This document shows positions 14,401 through 28,284 of a stretch of 64,000 bases of DNA, piece after piece. A program made the position numbers and the translations under genes. The stretch is from Octopus bimaculoides. Its lineage: Eukaryota. The stretch lies in contig NC_069003.1 in NCBI RefSeq assembly GCF_001194135.2, positions 28,543,290-28,607,289 of the forward strand. Direction: 5' to 3'. A model generated the notes under the pieces. That model was given only the letters and a program-made list of their open reading frames with translations. It did not search any database and was not told the DNA's origin. The first letter of the stretch is position 1, and every line of letters begins with the position of its first letter.

Positions 14401-15067
14401 CACCGCTTTTGAAATCAGCGACTAGTCTCAACGGAAATCTTATAAGCTGACAAGGTGAAATGAGTTTAACCCTAGACGCAGTGAGAGCTACTGATGAGCA
14501 TTAAGAGACATTTAGCATCAGAACGCGAAATCATCGATAATCTCGCTGTATCTGCGAACATAAGGGTAGAGTGTCTCCCTTGTCAGCTCATTAACATAGT
14601 ACTCTTGTTGGCTATTGAGTAGTTTTGACTCTTATTTTTAGCAATACTGGTGCTGATTAGTGCCCTTGTTCAGTTTAGTGACACACAAACACACACACAT
14701 ATATGCACGCTCACGCACACATATATCTTTCAGCATCGTGACAGTTTCTCGGTATCTAGAACAGATGCATCCACATATACACTACGTGCATTCCATCATC
14801 ACTCAACAGGATATACAGTTATGTATGCCAACCAATACTTTACATTTGCATAGTGAGTCTTTCCCCCACTACGTCTGCAACGATGTGAGGTCGATGACAC
14901 GCTGATGAGGTCACTAGACCAAATCTAGTTCCGATTTATCTTGCTGTACTTGCCAAACTAATTCGAATGAACGTATATTAATCATTGACTAATATAATTT
15001 TCGTGTATCATGTAATTATTTCTAGTTAGTGATCTTTCAAATACTTCTTTAATTATCTATCTATCTA

Positions 15068-15178
<111 letters not shown>

Positions 15179-15181
15179 GCA

Positions 15182-15219
<38 letters not shown>

Positions 15220-15483
15220 AATCTATATATCTAAATTTCCCTCTATCGCGCTATTCATCCTTATATCGAATATACGAGCATCGCACACACACACACGCAC
15301 ACACACACACGCACACACAAACACAACCACGCACACAGAGACGCACGCGCGTGCGGGCAAAGCAGCGAACAAAATGTCACTTCTTTAGTTACGTCTCATT
15401 GCCACGGCAGATGTAGATAAATAGCTCTTGATACAATTGGACCAAAAGAAAGTACTGATGTCGCAGCTAAAATCGATCAATCG

Positions 15484-15568
<85 letters not shown>

Positions 15569-15569
15569 T

Positions 15570-16529
15570 TAGGCAGCTGTTTTGCAATTTATTACCAAAA
15601 AGGTAAAACTGTAACTGTCATTAAAGATGACAGAGAGCGCTAGAAAACCTACAATGCTAGAAATAAGAGCTAAAATGCTCTGATGTTTTAGTCAACGCAC
15701 ACAGTTATATCAATCAACGCACACAATTGTATACAAAAATATGTTGGACTCGTTAAGAAGCTCGATATTTTGGTTCCACATAAATTGAAAGAGATTCACT
15801 TAACACAACGAATCAATATTTGCGATATGCATCTCAAACGCAATGAAATCGACCTTTTTTTAAACGAATCATCAATGCTGACGAAAAAGAAATTGTCTAC
15901 AATAACATCAATCGAAATCAATCATGGTCCAAGTGTAATGAACCAGCAGAAACTACACCGAAAGCTGAATTGCATCAAAAAAACGTCATGCCATCAATTT
16001 GGTGATATTACGAAGCTGTTGTGCATTTCGGGTTGCTTCCAAGGAACCAAATGATCAGTTCAGATGTTTACTGTCAACAACTAATGAAACTGGAAGAACC
16101 AATCAAAGAACAACGGCCAGAATTGGCAAATTGTAAAGGAATCGTGTTCCACCATGACAACGCTAGACCACACACGCCTTTGCTAACTCGTGAAAAATTA
16201 TTGGAGCTTGGTTGGGAAGTGATATCACATCCACTATATAGCCTCGACCTTTCCCCATCAGGTTACCATTTATTTCGATGCTTGCAAAATTCTTTGAACG
16301 GTATAACTTTCAATAATGATGATGATCTTTAATCGCACTGACTTCAGTTTCTGGCAGATAAGGACCAGAAGTTCTATAAACGCGGAATCATGAAGTTGCC
16401 AGAAAAATGGCAAAAGGTCATCGAACAAAATGGAAAATATATAATTGATTAAAGTTCATTCTTTGTATGAAAAAAATTTACTTTTATTTCACACTAAAAA
16501 ACCGAAATTACTTTCTTGCCAACTCAATA
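15570..16529 (+). mobile_element. Mariner (DD34D) transposon, internally deleted and inactive
   Basis: From 15746: GLVKKLDILVPHKL (WVPHEL motif), ADEK (TGDEKW), HDNARPH, YSLDLSPSGYHLF (YSPDLAPSDY), C-terminus KLPEKWQKVIEQNGKYIID*; right TIR aaaccgaaattactttcttgccaactcaa followed by TA; frameshift and in-frame stops. Confidence 0.92.
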
Positions 16530-16751
16530 TGTGTGTGTGTGCATATACACATACACGCACATACACGTATATATTTATATCTATATCTGTATATACATAT
16601 ATGTGTATATACATATATGTGTATATACATATATGTGTATATACATATACATACATACGTAACACATTTATATCGATGATTTGCATATATATTCTTAATT
16701 TGTTTTCGCAGATTCGGACGTGAATATGATATTCATTGTTGGACTTCATTA

Positions 16752-17257
16752 GAGAGCAGCTTCTTCTTCACGACGAATTCGTGTTCATAACAATTTCGAT
16801 TCATTAGTACAAAAAATTGCGGGACATCCAGCGTTTCGATACCTTTGTGTGTCGTCAACCAGAAGCGCCTGCAGAGTAATGAATCTAATGGATACAACTC
16901 CAATGAGCAAAATTCTTTGTTAATCCGTGCTATATGCCAAACTACAATAAATCGTTATATCAACAGGGAACAACGAGAAACAAAATGTCTTGCATATTTA
17001 CTCTCGATATGTTCCCACAAATCTTTGCTATCACTGTTGTGTTTCTACATAAGTGAACAGTTTCTCTACACGATAAATGACATACTACATTCATTAGTAC
17101 AAGGGATTCTAAGGCAGCCTGTATTTTATTAATCCGACCGTGCTACTGGCTGACGAAGAACAACGATGTCGAAACACTAGGTATGCCAAAATTTCTTGTG
17201 CTGATAAATCGCGTGCGTTATGCACACATATTCGTCGATAAGGTGAAGATATTCTTT
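16752..17257. repeat. Imperfect inverted repeat (~120-bp arms, roughly two-thirds identical by eye) with hammerhead-like cores; probable Penelope-type pLTR remnant
   Basis: Reverse complement of 16752-16871 aligns without gaps to 17137-17257 (e.g. ctggttgacgac..tatcgaaacgct vs ctggctgacgaa..tgtcgaaacact; ttatgaacacgaattcgtcg vs ttatgcacacatattcgtcg). Confidence 0.65.
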
Positions 17258-17359
17258 GTCCTGTGACGAGAAACAATAGCGGTTAGCATAATTGCTTTCG
17301 AATCTGCTGGAACATATTGATTCTCTCTCTGTTCACCGTTCACCTGACGATTTATAACA

Positions 17360-17411
<52 letters not shown>

Positions 17412-17603
17412 NNNNNNNNNNNNNNNNNNNNNNNNNNNNNNNNNNNNNNNNNNNNNNNNNNNNNNNNNNNNNNNNNNNNNNNNNNNNNNNNNNNNNNNNN
17501 NNNNNNNNNNNNNNNNNNNNNNNNNNNNNNNNNNNNNNNNNNNNNNNNNNNNNNNNNNNNNNNNNNNNNNNNNNNNNNNNNNNNNNNNNNNNNNNNNNNN
17601 NNN

Positions 17604-17668
<65 letters not shown>

Positions 17669-17767
17669 TACATATATACATGAATATATATACAGACATA
17701 CATGCATATGTATATATGTACAGACATACATGCATACGTATATATATATATATACAGACACACATGC

Positions 17768-17807
<40 letters not shown>

Positions 17808-17817
17808 NNNNNNNNNN

Positions 17818-17860
<43 letters not shown>

Positions 17861-18584
17861 ACACATATTCATATATTCTGCACAATAGTACTAGTACATG
17901 GGAAAATAAAACACTTTCTTGAATATGTAACATCTTCCAGATGTAAAACATTTTTATGCTTCAGTAGTATCCAACAGTTCTTCAGTATTGAAGGAATAAT
18001 TGTGTTTATTATATAACACAATAATCTTGTCTTTTTCTTTACAGCAGCTTGATCTACACGCAGGAAAACAGCAATTATTGGCAAAATCTGTATATCGTTC
18101 AATATTATGCGAGATCTGCTTATACCTTAAGAATTTGGCAGAAGAAAAGAAAAAGCATTAACAGAAAACACTTTTTTACATGATCTGAAGAGGAAATTAA
18201 GTTTCCGATGGAGACAAATACATCTACACAGTCATCACAAATAACAATTACATCAGCAAAAAAACAAACGTAATCTGATATCTGAAGTAGTGCATATATA
18301 CATAAATACACACACACATGCACACACACACATATAAACACGTGTGTGCTCGAGTATGTGTGTTAGTGTACACTCCCACCCAGACACAAACGTACATGTC
18401 TACTAATATGTACACAAATATACGTAGGTACAATGTATAAGTTTTAAACACAAATATCTATCGATATGTATGTGCGTGCATGCGTGTGTGTGTGTGTGTG
18501 TGTGTGTGTGAGTACGTGTGTATATATATGTGTGTGTGTGTATATATTTACGTACACTTATGTATGTATATATTTATAAATGCT

Positions 18585-18634
<50 letters not shown>

Positions 18635-20091
18635 TATATATATATATATAAATGCTTACACACACATATACACATACACATACAAACATACATATATATA
18701 AATAACTGCTTATATTTGGATGCATTTATATATATTATATGTGTGTGTATGTACTTAAACACACCACTCACATATATATATACAAAGAAAATGTGCCAAA
18801 AACAGTGTACTCAATACATGTATTATATATATAACTTATTTAAGCCGAACTATCATATCGTGATCGTATTCCTACAACTCTTTGTTCTTGAGACAAGAAC
18901 TTCTCAAACATGGTTTCAAGTTGTACTTGTCCAAGCCTGACCACCACAGTGACAGGAAAATCGAGCACGTGGCTAATTTTCATAGCCATTTGAAAGCTGG
19001 GATATGAGTAAAACTTGTTTCGATAGCTAAAACTGCATTTACAGTATATAGATTAAAAAAAAGTGTAAATATAGAAATATAGAAGGAAAAAGACCATTGG
19101 GGAGGAAAGGAGATAGGGTAAGTAGGAGTCTGGAAACCAGGAATGGGAAGCCTTGTAAGGGAGGTGGAACAGGTGCGTGGAGGGTTGTATATTTTGGAGT
19201 GTTTGTGTTTGGAAGCAGACAATAGGGAGAATGGTGTTGGCATGTTTGTTATTGGTATGTATGAAAGTTTATAGATGTGTGTGTGTGTGTGTTGGTGTTT
19301 AAATTTGATGGCGATGGCCTGCGGAGCACAGGGGCTATATTTGAGTGTAAATGTAAGTGGGTGGTATAAACGTGTGTTTGCAAGACTGAGTGAGCATGTG
19401 TGTATGTATTACGAAACATGTGAAGTGGTGCAGGATGGTGTGTGCAAGGTGAAAGAAGTTATTTGTGCAGATGTGTTTGCATAGAAAAGAAGTGAAATGT
19501 ACGTAGTTATCAAAAAGCGCTTTTTCAGGCTTGCAACTGTAAAACAAAAGTTAAAAACTGAACCCCCATTTGGAAAAAAAACAAAAAAACTATTAAAATA
19601 ATCTTCCAAATACTGGAAATCCAAAACGAAATACAAAGTCCTCAAAAATTTTAAGTTAGTAAAATTACAATAATTTCAAAAGATAAAATTCCGACAAAAT
19701 TGCAAAATGTCAAAACAGATTAAATAGTAGAGATGCAAAACATGTATGAAAAATAGTTCAGATATAGTACTTAGGTGATGGAAACAAAAAGTGACGTATT
19801 CGTACTGGAGATGGCGGAAGCGACAGTTTATGGTACGTTGGTGGGTCGGGTCAGGACTGAGAGATAGTACGGGAGCAGTAAGAACATGCTGGGTGTAATT
19901 CATGGAGTAAGAGCAGAACTGCAGGCTGAAGCATTGATGGGAGAGAGAAGCTTGGTTAAAAGTGGGTAAATGCGTCAAATGAATAGACTGGCCAAATTTG
20001 GGAACTCAATCAAAGAGTCTAGGTCAGGACCGCAGAGAGGATGGGGACGGAGGGAACGGAGTTAATGTATAGATGTGGTAGGGTTGGAGGT

Positions 20092-20520
20092 GTTTCTTTT
20101 GGATGGGAAGAGACATAAAGATGATGCAGTCTATACAAACTGTTGCAAGGTTTTCTAGCTTCGAGGCAATTGAGTTTCTGATCATGAAGCCGACGCCATA
20201 CAGATGTCGTTCAGGATGTGACCTGTCGGATCAATAGAGTGTGTAGCCTGGCCATATTCTTAAAGGCTGCCTTCATATGCAAAACAGACTTCACTGAAGG
20301 CAGTGACATCGATGTTCAGTATGGAGAGTTCATGTGCAACAAGAACAGAATGTCGATAAGGCCTGAGGATGTCAGTCTTGTATATGAGGGTTCTGAGGTT
20401 TAAGCATGACATCTTCAGGTCATGTACACCTGGTGAACAAATATGAAGCTGTACGCCTTTATTGTCGTTCGGCTGTGTTAGAAGATGCCTGTCAGCCTCG
20501 ACGAGTCAGTCCCACAATGG
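20092..20520 (-). mobile_element. Decayed RTE (BovB-like) LINE 5' end with AP-endonuclease N-terminus
   Basis: Minus translation CLNLRTL...VLVAHELSILNIDVTAFSEVCFAYEGSL...GYTLY...YGVGFMIRNSIASKLENL...SLPIQKK matches RTE APE motifs (WNVRTL, ELxRxxIDIAALSEVR, GVGF). Confidence 0.88.
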
Positions 20521-20803
20521 CTTAGCTGGACGAAACATTATACATACATAATAATAATAATAGTAAATCAATGGTGATTGTGTTCGTTTCCTCAGCTTAT
20601 TTGCATATATGTAAAAGATTTATTCAATAAATTAAGTTGAATAAAACGAAATGTTGTTAAACTCACTAAATCTTATAATTTGTGTGACGTTCAGACAAAA
20701 AGTGAAATTCACCAACGCTAGACATGAAATTTAAAATATAAAGTATTTAACACTGTCTCACTTTATTTTATTTAATTTGTTAGATGTGTGTGTGTGTGTG
20801 TGT

Positions 20804-20834
<31 letters not shown>

Positions 20835-21599
20835 NNNNNNNNNNNNNNNNNNNNNNNNNNNNNNNNNNNNNNNNNNNNNNNNNNNNNNNNNNNNNNNNNN
20901 NNNNNNNNNNNNNNNNNNNNNNNNNNNNNNNNNNNNNNNNNNNNNNNNNNNNNNNNNNNNNNNNNNNNNNNNNNNNNNNNNNNNNNNNNNNNNNNNNNNN
21001 NNNNNNNNNNNNNNNNNNNNNNNNNNNNNNNNNNNNNNNNNNNNNNNNNNNNNNNNNNNNNNNNNNNNNNNNNNNNNNNNNNNNNNNNNNNNNNNNNNNN
21101 NNNNNNNNNNNNNNGTGGAATGTTTTGAAAACATAAACTTCAAAGAGGTAGGAAATCTTCCTTTTTTCTGTCTCTCCCTCTCTTTTCTCCTTTGTGAATG
21201 TTCGTTAGGTAGGTAGTGGCAGATCTGAAAAAAAATTTTTGGGGACCAAAAATATATTTGGTTCTGAAGTTTGATGGGTTAAGCAGCAGCAGCCGAATAA
21301 GGAGAAGGCGAAGAAGAAAAGTGACAAAAAAAAAGAAGGGAAAAAGTAGAAGAAGAAGAAGAAAAAGACAGGAGTGGTATTAGCCGTGGAATCTGCTTTA
21401 ATGGTCAAATGGCCTCACAATTAACTGATGTTATTGTAGTAGCAGTAGGAAATATTCTGAATAAAATTGTGGGTAATGGCTGTTCTGAAATATATCATTT
21501 TGAATATTTCCGTGGATATTATTCCAAGAACACAGTAGTAGTTCCATCTGTGGTGGAAGCATTCAAAAGAAGTTTATATTTTGCACTAAAATATGATTC

Positions 21600-21875
21600 T
21601 TTACTAATGCGCTGATTATAGGTTGTATTGTAGAGGGGAAACATTCTTAAGTCAGACTAAAATCAGACTACGCCAGAGGATAACCGAAGAGAGATACCGG
21701 ATTAAAATACGGGAATACAGAAAAATAGCGTTAAGTGAACACATCGACATTTGCGCCAATAATAAACAGCCCAACTTTAGAATTTTTCCCCTCTATAATT
21801 TTAGGGATAATGCAACCTATAATCAGCAAAGAATCATATTTTATCACAAAATATAAACCTTATTTGAATGCTTCC
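21600..21875 (+). mobile_element. Penelope-like element GIY-YIG endonuclease fragment (decayed)
   Basis: SQTKIRLRQRITEERYRIK...LSEHIDICA...FRIFPLY and, after a frameshift, KESYFITKYKPYLN fit the PLE GIY-YIG pattern (YIGQT..LRxRxxEH...KExxxIxxxxPxLN). Confidence 0.75.
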
Positions 21876-22086
21876 GCCACAGACGACACTACTACAGGAA
21901 GAAATATTAAAAAAAAACGATAGACATATTTAGAACAGTCGCTACGCAAGAATTTATTTAGAACAGTTCCTATTACTACTGCTACTACAACCACAACAGG
22001 TCACTGTGAGGCCACTTGATCATTAAAGCAGGATTTCACGGACAGCCTTTACTACGGGGTAATACTACTCCTGTCTCCTCCTCCTC

Positions 22087-22186
22087 CTTCTTCTTCTTCT
22101 TCTTCTTCTTCTTCTTCTTCTTCTTCTTCTTCTTCTTCTTCTTCTTCTTCTTCTTCTTCTTCTTCTTCTTCTTCTTCTTCTTCTTC
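22087..22186. repeat. (CTT)n microsatellite
   Basis: Pure CTT run of about 100 bp. Confidence 0.98.
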
Positions 22187-23389
22187 CCACTCTTACAAGC
22201 TGGTGGACATTTACATGGAAATTATATCTCATACATTGCACATGTTGTGTTAAAGTACTTCATGGATAGCTTTAGTTACACACAATTGCCTGTACACTGT
22301 AATATACATGATTTTCCCACCTACTTGACTGTTACAAGCGCGTCAATGTCCTCCCAGAAAACCGCTAACTAACAGCACCATACTACCATTCCATTCTTGC
22401 CGACATCTATACATATACATTTTCCCCCTCCAACCCTCATGTCTCCAGTGTTTTTTCTTATTCCCAATTCCAGAAACCGAAACACTGTGACATAGGCATC
22501 TACAAAAGTGCTTTTTCTTCCTACTACTTTAAATCACTCTGCAGAATAGTATTCCCACTTCGTTAATAAATCTTCACCACCAGCCTCCATTCCTTCTTTC
22601 CTGAATTTTTAACTTTGAAAATTTTTACCTATCTTTTTCTTTTTTATACACTCAATGTGTTTCTTTTCCACTTTTATGCTTTTATGCGCTTCTCTTTTAC
22701 TTTTTGTTAGAGAGAGTAATATCTAAAATGTTAAAACATTTCTCAATCCTTTCAACTACGCATGCATAAAGCTAATACCATATTTGTCAAACTTTTTTCT
22801 CTCTGTCTTGTTCTAATTTCATATTTATTGATCTTACATTATATATGTATATGTAAAAGGACAACAGAAAGTAACACTCAACACATGTTACCTTCAATAC
22901 AGTTGGCGTTATAAGATTTAATAACAAAACTCAGCTCTATCTAGTCGTCGACTACTTGACATCATTGTACGGTTAATGGTATAATCTATACCATCTGGAA
23001 ACATGTTTAAAATTATCTGGTAACTCCAATTTATCAAAGCATCCATGTGACTTGTGTTGACCAATGAGTTATCCCAAATATTTTCAGTTAGAAGCCATCT
23101 TTATATTCTCCTCTCTGTTTTCTCCGTAGTCAGAAGATGTAGACACACCTCCTGAGACTACAAAACTTGGAAATTGTGCCGCCAATATATGTATGTATGT
23201 ATGTATGAATGTATGTATGTATGTATGTATGTATGTATGTATGTATGTATGTATGGGCTTGTTTGTATGCGTTTGTGTGTGTATGTATGTACTCACGCAT
23301 GCACGCACGTTCGTACGTGTGTTTATATGTATGTATGTGTGTATGTATGTATGTTTGTATGTATGTATGCATGTATGTGCTTGTGTGTA

Positions 23390-23424
<35 letters not shown>

Positions 23425-23457
23425 ATGTATGTATGTAGGCGCGCACGCACGCACGTA

Positions 23458-23489
<32 letters not shown>

Positions 23490-23883
23490 CTCTTTTACTC
23501 TTTTACTTGTTTCAGTCTTTTGACTGTGGCCATGCTGGAGCACCGCCTTTAGTCGAGCAAATCGACCCCAGGACTTATTCTTTGGAAGCCTAGTACTTAT
23601 GCTATCGGTCTCTTTTGCCGAACCGCTAAGTTACGGGGACATAAACACACCAGCATCGGTTGTCAAGCGATGTTGGGGGGACAAACACAGACATACAAAC
23701 ACATATATATACATATATACGACAGGCTTCTTTCAGTTTCCGTCTACCAAATCCACTCACAAGGCATTGGTCGGCCCGAGGCTATAGTAGAAGACACTTG
23801 CCCAAGATGCCACGCAGTGGGACTGAACCCGGGACCATGTGGTTGGTAAGCAAGCTACTTACCACACAGCCACTCCTACGCCT
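23490..23883 (-). mobile_element. Full-length tRNA-headed SINE (family B) with internal microsatellite
   Basis: Minus strand: aggcgtaggagtggctgtgtggtaag (A box-like), gggttcagtccc (B box-like), cttgggcaagtgtctt (CORE-like), central (TA/CA)n, tail ccagcatggccacagtc...(gtaaaaga)n; inserted in a (TA)n tract; many copies in the window. Confidence 0.88.
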
Positions 23884-24561
23884 ATATATATATGTATGTA
23901 TGCATTTCAAGTTGATAAACTTTTGTAATTGCGTGAATGACATTATCAATACCCTCGCTACAAACAACTCAACTCTGATATCAGAAGTTCCACAGGGCTG
24001 ATTGCAATAGAACTGCCACGGTGCCCTCATCGGCTGTCTCTTCAGTATCAAACAGCCTGTAGATTCATTCACTTTGCTGTCATGCATTTTTACCCTTTCA
24101 TAATTTAATTTTCCCCTCCTAGATTTCGGGAGTCAATTTATACCAGTCACTGACATCTTTATTGCAACATTTTCAACCTTACAATTATTTCTGCTAGTTG
24201 TAAAGCAGTATGACTCACTGTTCTGAGTACCCATTGAGAGTACATTGAGAGTACCCATTGAGAGTTTACTTTCGGCATTGGAATATTTATTGTAGACCTT
24301 TAATAGAAAATCAACATAGTTCGGCTCTTGTTAAGGGCGATGGTCTGGCGCTCTCAAGTCATAATGAAAAAATGTAGCCTAACTATAACTTATACCTTCA
24401 ACAACAAAAATGATTTTGCTAATGCCACTTTAGACCTCAAGAGAGGGGGAGACTATACCGATAGAAAATGTATTGAGGAAGACTTATAATGGAACAAGTT
24501 GTAATGCGTCCGTCATCTTAGGTGGAACGAAACAGAGTTGTTGTCGAAAGAAGACGATGGA

Positions 24562-24596
<35 letters not shown>

Positions 24597-25415
24597 GGAT
24601 TATGAAGATGACGATGAACCAATGTAACTGAGATTGAATATTTATATTTGCAGCTCATTAGTTCTTGGAACAAAAATTTCAAGTTATTTTTATAAAGATA
24701 ATCGATTCTGTCGCCTGTTCACACACGATATTCATTTTATGGCCACCATTTGTGTATACCTTTGTGTTTTGTTATCGTTTAAGTGAACACAATATTTAAC
24801 ATTGAGCTAAATGTTATGACGTATTGAGTAGGCATTCATTTATTTCTGATACTAAATACTTGATTTCAGCGTTCAAATAAACAATCAAACTGATAATTCT
24901 TTCTGTAAATCATGATAAATCACGTAGGAAAGTTGATATAGATGTTGAAATACAAATTAATAAATTGAGATAAATATACAGTATAACAGAATTGTCGTTA
25001 AGCCAGCGTACTGAGTCGTTGGAAAATGACAGATATGCAGTAAGAGGGCCGAGAGAAAAGACAAAAAAGTTTGATAAGAAAACACTTTAGCTATAAGTGG
25101 ATATCCAGAAACAGCAGGAGATATTTTATTCAGCTTTATGTCCGATGAAATAACCAGTTGACAAATATAGCGGATCAGCTTAAGAAGCACTTACGGTGAC
25201 CGGTCTCTTACGTTAAACATAGCTTTAGGCTGCTGTCGGAAATCAAGTATTTAACTAAACAAACATTAAAATGCGTGTATCTAGGCATATGCGTATATAT
25301 GTTTGTATTTATCTATATGTATTATGTATGCATATATGTTTGTATTTATGTATTTATAAATGTATATACGTGTTTGTGTGCGTGTGTGTGTGTGAATATG
25401 TGTTTTAACTGATAT

Positions 25416-25467
<52 letters not shown>

Positions 25468-25475
25468 GTATATAC

Positions 25476-25555
<80 letters not shown>

Positions 25556-25959
25556 AATGTGCATTTTATTTAAATTGAAAAGAAGTATTCGTGTCTAATT
25601 TCAAACATTTTGAGAGATTATTTTCTCAACATTTTATGTTCATTTAAAAATAGAATGGTTTCGAACCTTTTCATTTAATTGTAGTTTTCTGTAATGTTCT
25701 GAAAATATTTTATTTGTACTTAAAAAATTAAGGCTATCAATTCGTGGAGCAAGACCAACCCAAATGGCATTCTCCCAGAAATGGTACCTAGATGATAAAG
25801 AGACAGATATGGATATATATATATATGTTTGTGTGTGTACAGATTGTTTGATGTAGTGTACACACTTCCTTAATACGCACGCCCGCACACATACATACAT
25901 CCATCTATCCATTAATCTATCCATTCATACATACATAGGTACATACAATTCAATGTAGA

Positions 25960-26230
25960 TTTCCGGATTTAGACGGTAGTGGGTGTCTTGAAGGATATTG
26001 GTTGGTATTATGAATTAGAATCCTCCGTAGTAGTTCATTTAGTTGCTATTCCAGACGTGGCCATCCAGTCCTATTTTTCTTTACACATATATATCTAGAA
26101 CAACATAATACAATATGGTCTCTCTCTTACTTAAAACAAAACACCATAGTGTCCGATTAAAATCGATTTCGTTAGTTCTAGCAAGTCAAGCGACCACGTA
26201 GGGGCTGTCTCATTGCCTTAACTAGATCAC
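25960..26230. repeat. Unclassified interspersed repeat family D copy
   Basis: Shares the ggtcgcttgac(c/t)tgctagaa(a)ta.cagc.aaat core (as reverse complement) with 27917-27975, 29465-29660, 31050-31110, 37605-37750, 41840-41990 and 60570-60740. Confidence 0.55.
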
Positions 26231-26991
26231 TTGTAATATACAAAATAATAAATTGTATTCTAATGTATTTTGCAACAATTACGTTTGATATGGCGTGAAT
26301 ATATTTCTAACATTTGTCTTCTATCAACAATTAAACAGACACTCACAGTTAAATGATGGGACTCTGTGATGCTAGATAATCACCGTTTCGGTGAGCCGAG
26401 GTTCTACTTAATGTGACGCCATATTTGTTGCAATATAATATTGTTTGAAGTTTATCGATTTACTAACAATTCCGCCATTTTCAAAGGAGACTGAATTTAT
26501 GAAATTGATATTTTTGTCTTTTTGAAGTTATGACACGGGAAGCGCTTTACATTATCAGTAATAAGTGAGAGGGAACTTAGCATTTCCTTTATAATGGCTA
26601 TATTCAGCTGGAAATACCACCGCCTCATCTCCACATCGCCTTTTCTATGCACAACCTTCCTCACCTTATCCCCACTCCCATTCCACCTGACTACCACTAC
26701 ATTTCACTTACACCCCACTCTTATCACAAAAACAGACTCCCACCGCTGCCGCAGGCGCCTCTAATGAGGACAGTAACGACAACAATATCCACATTAACTA
26801 CAACAACAAAACGTTCAGTCATTCGCGTATAGGATATGTGTTTTTACGTATGTGTTTGTGTGTGTTTATGTGTGTGTTCGTGTGTGTATTTGTGCATATT
26901 TATGTGCATGGGTATGTGTGCCTCCATTTTGAATATATATATTTACAGATTAATATGTCACATACAATATATACAAATGTGTATACATGCA

Positions 26992-27098
26992 TACTCTCTC
27001 TCTCTCTCGCTCTCTCTCTCGCTCTCTCTCTCGCTCTCTCTCTCGCTCTCTCTCTCGCTCTCTCTCTCGCTCTCTCTCTCGCTCTCTCTCTCGCTCTC
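26992..27098. repeat. 12-bp (CTCTCTCTCTCG)n minisatellite running into an N gap
   Basis: About 8 perfect units visible. Confidence 0.95.
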
Positions 27099-27680
27099 NN
27101 NNNNNNNNNNNNNNNNNNNNNNNNNNNNNNNNNNNNNNNNNNNNNNNNNNNNNNNNNNNNNNNNNNNNNNNNNNNNNNNNNNNNNNNNNNNNNNNNNNNN
27201 NNNNNNNNNNNNNNNNNNNNNNNNNNNNNNNNNNNNNNNNNNNNNNNNNNNNNNNNNNNNNNNNNNNNNNNNNNNNNNNNNNNNNNNNNNNNNNNNNNNN
27301 NNNNNNNNNNNNNNNNNNNNNNNNNNNNNNNNNNNNNNNNNNNNNNNNNNNNNNNNNNNNNNNNNNNNNNNNNNNNNNNNNNNNNNNNNNNNNNNNNNNN
27401 NNNNNNNNNNNNNNNNNNNNNNNNNNNNNNNNNNNNNNNNNNNNNNNNNNNNNNNNNNNNNNNNNNNNNNNNNNNNNNNNNNNNNNNNNNNNNNNNNNNN
27501 NNNNNNNNNNNNNNNNNNNNNNNNNNNNNNNNNNNNNNNNNNNNNNNNNNNNNNNNNNNNNNNNNNNNNNNNNNNNNNNNNNNNNNNNNNNNNNNNNNNN
27601 NNNNNNNNNNNNNNNNNNNNNNNNNNNNNNNNNNNNNNNNNNNNNNNNNNNNNNNNNNNNNNNNNNNNNNNNNNNNNNNN

Positions 27681-27722
<42 letters not shown>

Positions 27723-28284
27723 GTGTGCGCGCGCGTCTGGCGTGCTTGAGTGTTTAAAATCTTGTGTTTGCCGACTGAATTCTCTTTTATCTTTTGGGAA
27801 GTTCTGAATCATGCATGTTGGTCAAGTCTATAAAAGATGACCTCTAAACCTGTACAACAACTGCATAAAACTGGTCAAAACGTCGATTGTAACACCATGC
27901 AGGGAATTACCACGAGGTTATTCGATCTGCTTGAAATAGCAACCAAATCAATATCGAACCTCTACCCTTTTCAAACTAGTCCACTCAAATTTTGATTCAA
28001 ACTTGTTTTAATGTGATTTAAATTAAAACTTGCCAACAAACTTTTATGCAAATTTAACTTTAAATCTCAGCTTAATAGTAGCAAAATTATTTTACTAAAC
28101 TCTTCATTATTTAGAAAACTAATTGAAATAAATTCAAGGACGCATTTGAAGAGTTGCAGTTTGGTTTATTATGTCTGAAAATAAGGAAACAAAACAAAAC
28201 AAAACAACAACAAAAAAAAATTGACACAGCATGTTCATATCTTTTCTATCCGGGGAGAAATATATCTACAATGGCACTGACAAT

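Noticed and set aside
18184-18212. CUGAAGA-GGAAA-uuaag-UUUCC-GAUG hammerhead-like motif
   Set aside because: GAAA core is broken, and there is no stem III or stem I
24520-24625. Acidic C-terminus-like frame WNETELLSKEDDGDDDD...EPM*
   Set aside because: Driven by a (GAT)n repeat, probably a retroelement 3' tail; in-frame stop just upstream and a weak acceptor
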